From the IMG/VR virus record IMGVR_UViG_3300027391_000002: DNA of 27,788 nt; one strand, written 5' to 3'. This document shows positions 1-7,645 of this stretch, one piece after another. The notes beneath the pieces are model-generated. The model did no database searches, had not been told where the DNA came from, and saw only the letters and a list, made by a program, of their open reading frames with translations. Positions within the stretch are counted from its first letter, which is position 1, and every line of letters begins with the position of its first letter. The DNA is from a virus. The position numbers were made by a program, and so were the translations under genes.

Positions 1-127
1 ATAACTGCTTTTATATAACACTAAAAACATTGTTGACTCATTTGGCATAAATTGATATAATGAGTCAATATTTTATAGGTTCGGAAACAAAAAGCGGGCA
101 CCAACTAATAAAAGTTGGATACCCTAA
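1..127. repeat. Terminal overlap, copy 1. Identical to 27662-27788, which closes the contig into a circle.
   Basis: Base-by-base identity of 1-127 with 27662-27788. Base 27661 (c) lies outside the repeat. Confidence 0.95.
33..61 (+). promoter_or_regulatory. Sigma70-type promoter with an extended -10, embedded in a 9-bp inverted repeat.
   Basis: TTGACT (33-38), 17-bp spacer, TATAAT (56-61), preceded by TGa. Inverted repeat ttgactcat (33-41) / atgagtcaa (60-68) overlaps the -35 and the -10/+1 positions. Confidence 0.65.
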
Positions 128-457
128 CAAGACAGCATCAACAGTGCCTCTCAAGCATGTTTTCTGCGTATCAAGCTAATTAATTATACTACTTGATACC
201 CATTAAGTAAAGAATAAAGCATCTGTTGTGGCTGTCATAACCGCAGGAGGTGCTATTTCTTTATGAACAACGACTACATTTGAAGTAGTCCACATGACAA
301 AAAGGAACCTGTAGGTTCTTTTGTTACAAATACACGTGCACTTGTGGCTACGAGTGCACGTCATATCACTCCCTTACTGCTGAAGATCCATCACGACAAA
401 CCACCATCCCTCACGACGATCGTTATTTGCCTATATTACTAATCACAAGGAGTATTC
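69..457 (+). promoter_or_regulatory. Long hairpin-rich 5' leader, or separate ncRNA(s), upstream of the HNH gene.
   Basis: Stem-loops at 96-124, 168-199 (8 bp), 272-290 (6 bp), 297-324 (G.U on the plus strand, U-rich 3' side) and 334-361 (9 bp perfect). No ORF longer than a few codons. Confidence 0.35.
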
Positions 458-874
458 ATGTTAAAAAGGCTTGTCCATCATATAAAAAGGGTGTTTCCTT
501 CTAAGTCAACACCAAAAGCGAAGAGGTATATTGATGAAGTGCATAATCACTGTTGGTTTTCTCTTCATAATGCCAATCTAAAAAAATCAGTAAAGGAGAC
601 TTTATGGGACTTTCAAAAGGGGATCTGTACTGGATGCCAGCAGTGGTATCCAGAAAGACTCATGACAATTGATCATATCATTCCAAAGTCTCAAGGAGGT
701 AGTAACGAGCTCGAGAACAAACAGGCATTATGTTTCCCCTGCAATGTCATCAAAGCGGATGGCACTATGCAAGAGTTGAAATTGGAACTGCTTAGGCAAG
801 GCGTGTTACAAAATCGTCCGTTGCAATCACCTCATACAACCATTTTGTTTTCAAAGCAAAATCGCCAGATTTAA
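458..874 (+). CDS. HNH endonuclease (small, phage-type).
   Basis: CTGC...DHIIPKSQGGSNELENKQALCFPCNVIKAD matches the CxxC / DH..P..GG / N / CxxCN..K HNH pattern. RBS aaggag lies 7 nt upstream of the ATG. Confidence 0.85.
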   Translation: MLKRLVHHIKRVFPSKSTPKAKRYIDEVHNHCWFSLHNANLKKSVKETLWDFQKGICTGCQQWYPERLMTIDHIIPKSQGGSNELENKQALCFPCNVIKADGTMQELKLELLRQGVLQNRPLQSPHTTILFSKQNRQI

Positions 875-967
875 CTTGACTATAATCTATCATTAGGCAA
901 AAACACGAACGAATACTTGTTCAAGGAACTTGAAAGAATGGGGATACGTTCTTGGCTGTAATTTTCA

Positions 968-987
968 TTGTCAAATTAATTTGACAA
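968..987. promoter_or_regulatory. Perfect 20-bp palindrome (operator-like) overlapping a -35 element.
   Basis: ttgtcaaatt|aatttgacaa is its own reverse complement. Its right arm contains the TTGACA at 981-986. Confidence 0.5.
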
Positions 988-1009
988 CCCATTTTTTATG
1001 TGGTAAACT
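981..1009 (+). promoter_or_regulatory. Sigma70-type promoter.
   Basis: TTGACA (981-986), 17-bp spacer, TAAACT (1004-1009). Confidence 0.5.
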
Positions 1010-1081
1010 ATTGAAATGACAAACATAAAATTACCAAAAGTAAATAACAAAGGTTTATAGGGTTTTTCACAAAGCGGAAAA

Positions 1082-1246
1082 GCCGCCACTGGAGAGTGAC
1101 AGCTTTACAATAACTGGTTGTATGACAAGACCAGTGAGTGATGAGATCAGTTTGATGCGAGTAAAATCAAACCTCATATATTATACATCATGAGCAATCT
1201 AAAAGTCAATACAAAAGTGTATCTTATATGACACTCCAGTGACGGC
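1082..1246 (+). ncRNA. Candidate multi-helix structured RNA, or a structured leader element.
   Basis: Long-range helix pairs 1082-1097 with 1231-1246 (4 bp, mismatch, 8 bp, mismatch, 2 bp). It encloses hairpins at 1113-1135 (6 bp) and 1141-1177 (5+7 bp). The region has no credible ORF. Confidence 0.3.
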
Positions 1247-1293
1247 ACTCCTGAAATAGAATAAAGTATAGGAGCGATGTCGTGAAAATAGAA

Positions 1294-1322
1294 TTGACTC
1301 TCTTTGAACAATATGTTATACT
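1294..1322 (+). promoter_or_regulatory. Sigma70-type promoter.
   Basis: TTGACT (1294-1299), 17-bp spacer, TATACT (1317-1322). Confidence 0.5.
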
Positions 1323-1427
1323 TTCTGGACGGTGGATTGTCCGGGGAGTTGTCGCCTTGTGCAGTCATTCTAAACACCGCAAGATTGTGCATCATCTACA
1401 TACACAATCACTCCAATATGCCGATAC

Positions 1428-1467
1428 AATACCCGCGTTGAATACCCATTGCGCGGGTATTGCTTTT
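1428..1467 (+). terminator. Intrinsic terminator/attenuator with two competing 5' arms.
   Basis: aatacccgcg (1428-1437), or alternatively aataccc (1441-1447), pairs with cgcgggtatt (1452-1461). This is followed by gctttt. Confidence 0.5.
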
Positions 1468-1489
1468 AAAAAACATCCTGAAACACACC

Positions 1490-1518
1490 TTGACATCGCA
1501 GAAGAATTTTGCTATAAT
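1490..1518 (+). promoter_or_regulatory. Consensus sigma70 promoter for the primase-helicase gene.
   Basis: TTGACA (1490-1495), 17-bp spacer, TATAAT (1513-1518). RBS ggagg precedes the ATG at 1586. Confidence 0.7.
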
Positions 1519-1585
1519 TTGAGTATCATTCATAACAGCAACGACAACTGCTTGGATGGTATTAAACGGCACAATGGAGGAATAA

Positions 1586-4500
1586 ATGGGTACCCATCTC
1601 ATACCATATTTACAGCGTAATATCTCTATTTACAGAAATGCTACGGACAAAAAAGGTGTGACACGGACTTTGTCTGCTGTCGTCAATCGTATAACATCTG
1701 GTGAACGTGATTTAGATGCGATGACAAAGTATTGCCATTCACTGTCACAAACTGATCTTGGCGCATATAGAGACTATAAAGTGTGTCTCCCTGCAGTTAC
1801 TTTTGGCGGAGCCTTCCATAAACGCAATGCTAATAACTTAGCACAACATTCGGGACTCGTTGTCCTTGATATTGACGGGATAGACCGATCAGAAGTCACG
1901 AATGTATTATCTGATATATCAGATATTCCATTTGTGCTGTTCGCTTTTATATCTCCCAGTGGTGCGGGGATAAAAGCCATATTGCCTGTAAATCCCATAC
2001 CAACCGACGCATCTGAACACAAAGCCGCATATCAATCTTGTAAAACAGCGATCGCTGAATATATTGATTGCGAAGTAGATCCATCCGGAAGTGATGTCTC
2101 GCGTCTCTGTTTCCTATCACATAATCCGTACCCTGTCATTAATGAACAGGCTTTACCTGTTGAGTGGGATCGCGAAAGTTATCTTGAGGGGTTAAATGAA
2201 CGGAGAAGCAGGCATAAAGACCGATGTCAGAATCAAGCCGGTAATACCAATATTGATCTCACAGCTCTTGAATATATATCACCCGATGTTGAATATGAAA
2301 CTTGGTTAAAAGTTGGATTAGCTTGTTACAACGAAGGATTGGACGTATCTGTGTGGGATGCATGGAGTCAACGAGGAAGTAAGTACCGACCCGGTGAATG
2401 TGAAGTAAAATGGGAAACATTTACAACCACAATTGCAGAGGAGGATAAGATTTATTGGGCATCTGTTATACATATCGCGAAAGAACATGGGTATATTCCG
2501 CCTAAGCGTACATACCATGCTAAACAGAGGTTGACGGTAAAGGAACAGGCAGGGAGTGCCTCAGACAATGACGAAATTCGAGCATTACAAAATGAACAAG
2601 TATTAGATTGGATAGATATTACGAACGACACAAAAGATAAAAGACTACTGGTATTTGAGGGTGCGGCTGGCACCGGAAAAAGCCATTTGTGCATTACGCA
2701 AATACCTGTTTATACGGACGTAAGTCCTACGAAAGAACTTGCTGACGAGAAATACACCAAAGCCTTGAATCATGGCAAACTCGCGGTTCGACATAAACCT
2801 CGCACTCACAACCAAGAGATTATGGCAGGACGCATGATCGAGGACATAAAGATAGGTTTGGATGAGAGCAGAGGTGAGGTGCCGTGTGCGTATCCAAATG
2901 AGTGCAATGCGGTTATTCAGGGTGGCAGGAGCCCGATGCTTGTATGTCTCGTTTGTCCATTCTTTGATATATGTAAAATTCAGGGATACCTCTCCCAATT
3001 TAATAAATTCCCGTCATACGACCTTGTATTCACTTGCCTTCCCGATATATTCGCGACGGATCCAATGTATGGCAGTGTGGTGTCACAGTTTATGCCCGAG
3101 AAAGCTGTTCTTGTATTGGATGAAGTTAATCCTGCCAGCATCTCTCCTGAACGTAGTGTCAATATTGAGACACTTGAAGAGTTGATTAAAGATTACGAAG
3201 GTTTCACTGCATCAACGTATCTCAACGAGATTGTTGCAAAGACAATCCGGATAAACGAACCCAAAGAACTTGAAGATATGTTTGGACGGTTAGAATCACA
3301 CCGGCAGTGGCGTGATGCGATCGCCTCTGTACATGATTTTTATGTTGATGAGTTGGAAAATATTGAAGACGAATTAGGTGGAGTCCCTGTCAAGGTAACA
3401 TTTGAAAGGATGTCTGATTCAATCTGTGCCCCTAATGGCACACAGATAAGTTCTGTGAAAGCGATAATTGAGTGGAAACATAAATCGGTAGTTTGTGCTG
3501 TTGTTGATAGTGATAATGTTGATTTGTTTATGACTTTTTCGGATATGAATTACATTTCATCACGCATTGTTCCACCAGGTGGATGGAAGCTGGGCAAAAC
3601 GTATAGCAGGCTGTTGCATGAAGGAACACTCTTTAGGTTGTTCGTTGATACCACTGATGTCGAGAGTATTGTTAATGTGCCCCGGTCATGCAAAACTCTT
3701 GTAAGCGATTTAGAATCGTTCCTGGAGGAATATCGTGATGTAGATATACCGGCTTGCTACCAAAAGGACGGCAATTGGACGTTCCATTTCTCTCCAACCT
3801 TGAATGCGCAACGTGGTATTTTCATATCTGCCAGTGGCGTATCCCATCAGATTCAAGAGATGTACCGTGATACAGATGTTATCACGGATGTTGTGGGTGG
3901 TGAGATGCCGGCATGGAAAGACGAATGTAAACTCTATCAAATTTCTACTGGAAGGTATACTCCAAAGCAGTCTCTGTTTTATGAGAATGAATTGAAGTCT
4001 CGTGGTCGCGACTTTGTAAAACTAATAATAGATGTGGCAAACAATGAACCCGATGAAGAGATACTTGTTGTTACGCCTAAAGCCTTTACGGCAGAGGGTA
4101 TATTAAGCGACCATATTGATATAACAGCACTGCATAAGTGCGAAAATATAACTGTTATCAACCATTTCCATGGAACAGGGGTTAACCTACATTCTGATAA
4201 GGACATCGTATTTGTATTGCATTATGAGCCACTCCCCACAGAAATAGAAAGAATTGCAACTCGTATTTATGCAGATGGCAACCTTGATTTCACAAGAGAG
4301 ATTGTCACATTGAATAAATATGCAGCAGAACTGGAAGAGGTGTATAGGTATACAGATGAACGGGTTCAACGGATCTATGACTACGAATGTGAGCGACGTA
4401 TCATGCAGTCGCTGATGCGATTGAGACCCAACCTGTATGAAAACAAAATAATTGTGTTGCTGACAAGCGAACCGATCGAAACACCAGTCACACCTGTGTT

Positions 4501-4792
4501 GTTTGATTTACAAATGTTACGGAAACATGTTGATGTTGGTGGGAACATGTCTGACTTTGATCCAAAAGTAAGCGATCAGAACACTGTTGATGTGAAACAG
4601 CTGTCAGAAGAACAAGGAATTAGCAAAAGACATGCGCGCAGGAAAACCGAGGAACCGCGCAAGACATTGAAAGCGGATCGGAATGCTGAAATCATCCGAA
4701 AACATAATGCGGGCATGTCCGGTAGGGAAATAGCAAAAGAAATGAAAATTGGTTTGTCTACAGTTCAAAGAATTATAAAAAATCAGGGGTGA
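1586..4792 (+). CDS. Fusion replication protein: VirE_N/BT4734-like primase-polymerase, PriCT-type domain, P-loop helicase-like ATPase and a C-terminal HTH.
   Basis: - Prim-Pol-like: KVCLPAVTFGGAF...HSGLVVLDIDG...FISPSGAGIKAILPV.
- PriCT-like: YETWLKVGLACYNEGLDVSVWDAWSQRGSKYRPGECEVKWETF.
- Walker A: GAAGTGKS (nt 2660-2683).
- Walker B-like: VLVLDEV.
- Cys cluster: CAYPNEC...CLVCPFFDIC.
- C-terminal HTH: GMSGREIAKEMKIGLSTVQRIIK. Confidence 0.9.
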   Translation: MGTHLIPYLQRNISIYRNATDKKGVTRTLSAVVNRITSGERDLDAMTKYCHSLSQTDLGAYRDYKVCLPAVTFGGAFHKRNANNLAQHSGLVVLDIDGIDRSEVTNVLSDISDIPFVLFAFISPSGAGIKAILPVNPIPTDASEHKAAYQSCKTAIAEYIDCEVDPSGSDVSRLCFLSHNPYPVINEQALPVEWDRESYLEGLNERRSRHKDRCQNQAGNTNIDLTALEYISPDVEYETWLKVGLACYNEGLDVSVWDAWSQRGSKYRPGECEVKWETFTTTIAEEDKIYWASVIHIAKEHGYIPPKRTYHAKQRLTVKEQAGSASDNDEIRALQNEQVLDWIDITNDTKDKRLLVFEGAAGTGKSHLCITQIPVYTDVSPTKELADEKYTKALNHGKLAVRHKPRTHNQEIMAGRMIEDIKIGLDESRGEVPCAYPNECNAVIQGGRSPMLVCLVCPFFDICKIQGYLSQFNKFPSYDLVFTCLPDIFATDPMYGSVVSQFMPEKAVLVLDEVNPASISPERSVNIETLEELIKDYEGFTASTYLNEIVAKTIRINEPKELEDMFGRLESHRQWRDAIASVHDFYVDELENIEDELGGVPVKVTFERMSDSICAPNGTQISSVKAIIEWKHKSVVCAVVDSDNVDLFMTFSDMNYISSRIVPPGGWKLGKTYSRLLHEGTLFRLFVDTTDVESIVNVPRSCKTLVSDLESFLEEYRDVDIPACYQKDGNWTFHFSPTLNAQRGIFISASGVSHQIQEMYRDTDVITDVVGGEMPAWKDECKLYQISTGRYTPKQSLFYENELKSRGRDFVKLIIDVANNEPDEEILVVTPKAFTAEGILSDHIDITALHKCENITVINHFHGTGVNLHSDKDIVFVLHYEPLPTEIERIATRIYADGNLDFTREIVTLNKYAAELEEVYRYTDERVQRIYDYECERRIMQSLMRLRPNLYENKIIVLLTSEPIETPVTPVLFDLQMLRKHVDVGGNMSDFDPKVSDQNTVDVKQLSEEQGISKRHARRKTEEPRKTLKADRNAEIIRKHNAGMSGREIAKEMKIGLSTVQRIIKNQG

Positions 4793-4853
4793 CCCAAAAC
4801 GGACATTCCGGTTATAAGTACTCTTAAACGAAACGTCCGTTTTGGGTCACCCC
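4786..4853. repeat. 19-bp perfect inverted repeat with a 30-nt spacer, overlapping the primase stop codon (strong hairpin or cruciform).
   Basis: ggggtgacccaaaacggac (4786-4804) is the exact reverse complement of gtccgttttgggtcacccc (4835-4853). An A-run follows on the plus strand. Confidence 0.6.
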
Positions 4854-4967
4854 CTACGTAAAAAAAATGGCACCCAAAGATTTCTATGTATAAACATACT
4901 GGATAGAGTAAAAGAATGCACCACAAGCCATCCTGGACGCTTTTTATATAACAAAAAGGAGATTAAC

Positions 4968-5441
4968 ATGAACACAACTGGAATTGACCCCAAAACCATT
5001 GAATTTCGCAACAATATCTTAGGACGCCTACCAAAACTGAAAAACACCGGTGAATGTGCATGTCCACCAACACGGGAATTCTGGGATTACTACAAAAACC
5101 ACAAGCAAGAATTCTACGATGCCTGTTTCCGGGTGTTTCGGACTGCGAATGGTGAGTGGAGAATAAAAGCTCTTGACCTTGTAGATCGTAACCTTGTCAA
5201 TCAGCAGAAACTTGACGCCATGAAAGCGAAACACCAATTAGTGTGTCCAGATTGCCGCGAAAGTGCTGGTATCTGCCGCTCGGCGATGAAAGATGGTCGG
5301 ATGATGTATCAAGGATATTGTCCAGTCTGTAATGAGGTCTTAACAACTGCTCTACCACACGCTTTGGTTAGTTGGTATGTCGAGGGCGGTTTGATTATTG
5401 TTGACCGGAATGAATTGGGAGAAAAAAGCGATGCAAATTAA
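4968..5441 (+). CDS. Zn-ribbon-containing protein of unknown function.
   Basis: RBS aaaggag lies 6 nt before the ATG at 4968, which is Met43 of the track ORF 4842-5441. CPDC...CPVC cysteine pairs are present. Confidence 0.7.
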   Translation: MNTTGIDPKTIEFRNNILGRLPKLKNTGECACPPTREFWDYYKNHKQEFYDACFRVFRTANGEWRIKALDLVDRNLVNQQKLDAMKAKHQLVCPDCRESAGICRSAMKDGRMMYQGYCPVCNEVLTTALPHALVSWYVEGGLIIVDRNELGEKSDAN

Positions 5442-5739
5442 TGAGCATACTACAGAAAATTATGGCGAAGAGTTTGATAACGCTGATTACGAGTTAGATG
5501 ACAATTTGTTTTCTTATATTGACCTCAAAAGAGGTTGGGCAATTCCTACACCGCACTACTGGGAATTATGGCATTCTGACCTTCAGCAGGATTTACGGGA
5601 TATGCGACTGATACCGAGAAAAGAGGGAAGTGGATGGATTGTGGATTTGCCTCGTGAGTCGATTCAACCAGCCGAGAGCAATAGTGGGTATACTCGGCAC
5701 ATTAGCGATGTTCTTACAGAAGTATTTAGTCGTTGGTAG
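5431..5739 (+). CDS. Acidic hypothetical protein.
   Basis: ORF 5398-5739. I prefer the ATG at 5431 because it is preceded by gggaga and overlaps the upstream stop by 11 nt (translational coupling). Confidence 0.55.
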   Translation: MQINEHTTENYGEEFDNADYELDDNLFSYIDLKRGWAIPTPHYWELWHSDLQQDLRDMRLIPRKEGSGWIVDLPRESIQPAESNSGYTRHISDVLTEVFSRW

Positions 5740-5833
5740 GAACTAAAGTTGAAATATGGCTTGTAACAGTAAAATACGCGGCCACCTGTTTCCTATAACC
5801 GTCTATGTTCATGTGAATTATTCGGGACACTTT

Positions 5834-6313
5834 ATGGCAAAACGAAGAACACTTGATGATGACCTCATTAGAGACATTGCAATTTACCGCGAACACGGAT
5901 TGAGTTTCCGTGCTATTGCGCGAAAACTTGGTATTCCTTGGTCAACATTTTGGTGTTGGTTAGAGGCAGGCAGAAATGCCACGCGCATCAATAATAATAA
6001 AAAGTTGTGGGATATGGTTGGAAGAGCCGATTTCAATCTGGTATATGATGCTGCCGCTACAGTTCGTCAAGCAGCAACACAGGAACGTATTACGAAAATA
6101 CAGGAGAAAGACACTTTTGATAGTGAAGGCAACCCAATCACAGAAACAACCATAACGAAAGAGGGACCAAGCCTACAAGCAGCCTTGAAAATACTGAAGT
6201 TGTTTGCTGAGCGGTGGAGAGGCTACCATGAATCTATTGACATGGAAGATAACCAAGCCTCTGTTGGATATGATCCGTTAGCAGACCTTGTGGATGACGA
6301 TAATAAAAAATAA
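5834..6313 (+). CDS. HTH protein resembling a small terminase subunit (TerS-like).
   Basis: N-terminal HTH GLSFRAIARKLGIPWSTFWCWLE. The C-terminal ALKILKLFAERWRGY resembles the conserved W-L-E-R-R tail of many TerS proteins. The track ORF begins at 5756, but the first 26 residues look non-native. Confidence 0.45.
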   Translation: MAKRRTLDDDLIRDIAIYREHGLSFRAIARKLGIPWSTFWCWLEAGRNATRINNNKKLWDMVGRADFNLVYDAAATVRQAATQERITKIQEKDTFDSEGNPITETTITKEGPSLQAALKILKLFAERWRGYHESIDMEDNQASVGYDPLADLVDDDNKK

Positions 6314-6504
6314 AAAAGCCTTTAAAATCTACCACTTTGAAGTGGTTAATATTTAAAAAACTAAAAAAATACTAAATACACAGTACGTAGGCAATAGTAT
6401 CAAAATAGTATCATCACAGTAGTCTGTGAAAAATTGGAAGTTCGCTTTTATGAGCCTTGTGAGAAATGTTAATGTGTGTTGTATAAAGGGTTCGGGGGCA
6501 TCAT

Positions 6505-6525
6505 AAATGCGAATAGTTCGCATTT
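6505..6525 (+). other. Hairpin module H1 (9-bp stem, tag loop) with a conserved 3' flank.
   Basis: aaatgcgaa-tag-ttcgcattt, followed by attacgattgtgaaaa. Confidence 0.6.
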
Positions 6526-6605
6526 ATTACGATTGTGAAAACGGTCACTAATTCGTGAATTGCCAAAACAGAAAACATTACTGTTACTGGTGTAGTCAAG
6601 AAGAT

Positions 6606-6626
6606 AAGTGACAATAGTTGTCATTT
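6606..6626 (+). other. Hairpin module H2 (tag loop). The stem sequence differs from H1 but the pairing is kept.
   Basis: aagtgacaa-tag-ttgtcattt has one G.U pair, valid only on the plus strand. It is followed by attatgatggtaaaaa. Confidence 0.6.
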
Positions 6627-6742
6627 ATTATGATGGTAAAAACAAGGTAAATATATGATGAATCACAGTGTATACATGGGAATGTGATTGATTGAGATCA
6701 CGAAAAATCACAGTATGTTCAATTTAGAAAATTGGTGTGTGC

Positions 6743-6950
6743 GGAAGTGGTTAATATATAAATACTAAAAAAATACTAAATACACAGTGTATGGTAAATA
6801 GTGCAGGAATAGTGCATGCACAGTAGTCTGTGAAAATTGAAAACATAGCATTAATTCGTGAATTGCTAAAACAGAAAAAGCTTACTGTTACTGGTGCAGC
6901 TAAAAAGATAAATGTTAGTAACTAACATTAATTATGATGGTAAAAGTAGG
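6743..6950 (+). repeat. Non-coding duplicated module, copy 2.
   Basis: Shared blocks: gaagtggttaatat..atactaaatacacagt, cacagtagtctgtgaaaa, taattcgtgaattgc.aaaacagaaaa, ttactgttactggtg and attatgatggtaaaa. Confidence 0.8.
6911..6929 (+). other. Hairpin module H3. The stem sequence differs again and the pairing is kept.
   Basis: aatgttagt-a-actaacatt, followed by aattatgatggtaaaag. Confidence 0.6.
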
Positions 6951-6959
6951 ATTCAAAGG

Positions 6960-6988
6960 TTGAAAAAAGTGGCGTGTTAGGGTATACT
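6960..6988 (+). promoter_or_regulatory. Sigma70-type promoter upstream of the RHH gene and structural block.
   Basis: TTGAAA (6960-6965), 17-bp spacer, TATACT (6983-6988). Confidence 0.5.
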
Positions 6989-7079
6989 AATAGTAGAATT
7001 ATAATATACTGATAGTAAGACTGTTAGTTTCTTATTTAAAGCGCAACGCTGGATAACTGAACAAGCGAATGTCTGACGA

Positions 7080-7334
7080 ATGAAAAATTTAAGTCTTGAC
7101 CAATACATAACCAAACCCAAACAAAAAACGGAAAAGCCCGCGACCTATTCCTTTATGAAAGATACAAACACCCGTTCTAACATGAAAGTGCTCAAAATCA
7201 CTTTACCGAAACAACTTATTGAACAACTGGACGCTATCAAAAGAGATACAGGGTTAACACGTTCTGAACATATCCGTCGTGGTTTGGGTATGTATGTTGA
7301 TTATGTGAATAAAAAACAAGCAACAAAACATTAG
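7080..7334 (+). CDS. Ribbon-helix-helix (CopG/Arc/MetJ-type) DNA-binding protein.
   Basis: KVLKITLPKQLIEQLDAIKRDTGLTRSEHIRRGLGMYV fits a beta-strand, helix, helix layout. The RBS at 7080 is weak, so the start is uncertain. Confidence 0.7.
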   Translation: MKNLSLDQYITKPKQKTEKPATYSFMKDTNTRSNMKVLKITLPKQLIEQLDAIKRDTGLTRSEHIRRGLGMYVDYVNKKQATKH

Positions 7335-7645
7335 TCCTCGCTGGTGAGGGGCGAACAAAAGAAACCTCACATGGAGTTCAGAAAATATATTTTGTCTCCT
7401 ACGTCCTCGTTAAGACGAAAAACTAACGCGTTTACCGAACGTAAATCGGTATCATAGATGTCAAATATGGTCGTCTTACAGGCTGACGCTAAATGCCTGT
7501 CTATCTTGAAACCTCGCGACGGAGGGACGCGTGTAAGGGAAGTAGTCTCTCAATATAATACATTTCGCTTGATTCTCTTGATACAGGTAAGCCCTGCTGA
7601 CAGGCTTAAATGTCAGCACTAATTAGAGATATATGGAGGCGCGTA

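Larger units (their letters stand above)
6339..6648 (+). repeat. Non-coding duplicated module, copy 1. It carries a roughly 110-bp insertion (6437-6545) relative to copy 2.
   Basis: 6339-6436 aligns with 6743-6839, and 6546-6648 aligns with 6848-6950, at roughly 80% identity by eye. Confidence 0.8.

Noticed and set aside
1-127. Interpreting the terminal repeat as a genuine phage direct terminal repeat.
   Set aside because: An exact length of 127 nt matches a common assembler k-mer, and the repeat boundary falls at no recognisable feature. This cannot be settled without reads, so it is reported as a closure artefact with a stated test.
1282-1620. 112-aa ORF with a GTG start and an aggag 8 nt upstream.
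   Set aside because: It runs through two consensus promoters and an intrinsic terminator, and it overlaps the primase start. Its His/Cys-rich, low-complexity composition looks non-native. I prefer to treat the region as regulatory/RNA, though translation is not excluded.
4600-4792. The resolvase-like HTH at the C-terminus of the primase fusion as evidence for a serine recombinase/integrase.
   Set aside because: Only the HTH is present. There is no N-terminal catalytic serine-recombinase domain anywhere in the window.
6637-6670. CACAGTG heptamers (6664, 6783) near an A-rich nonamer-like string, resembling V(D)J recombination signal sequences.
   Set aside because: The orientation and spacing do not match a 12/23 RSS, and there is no RAG or Transib-like transposase. 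The CACAG motifs are better explained as local iterons or palindrome arms.
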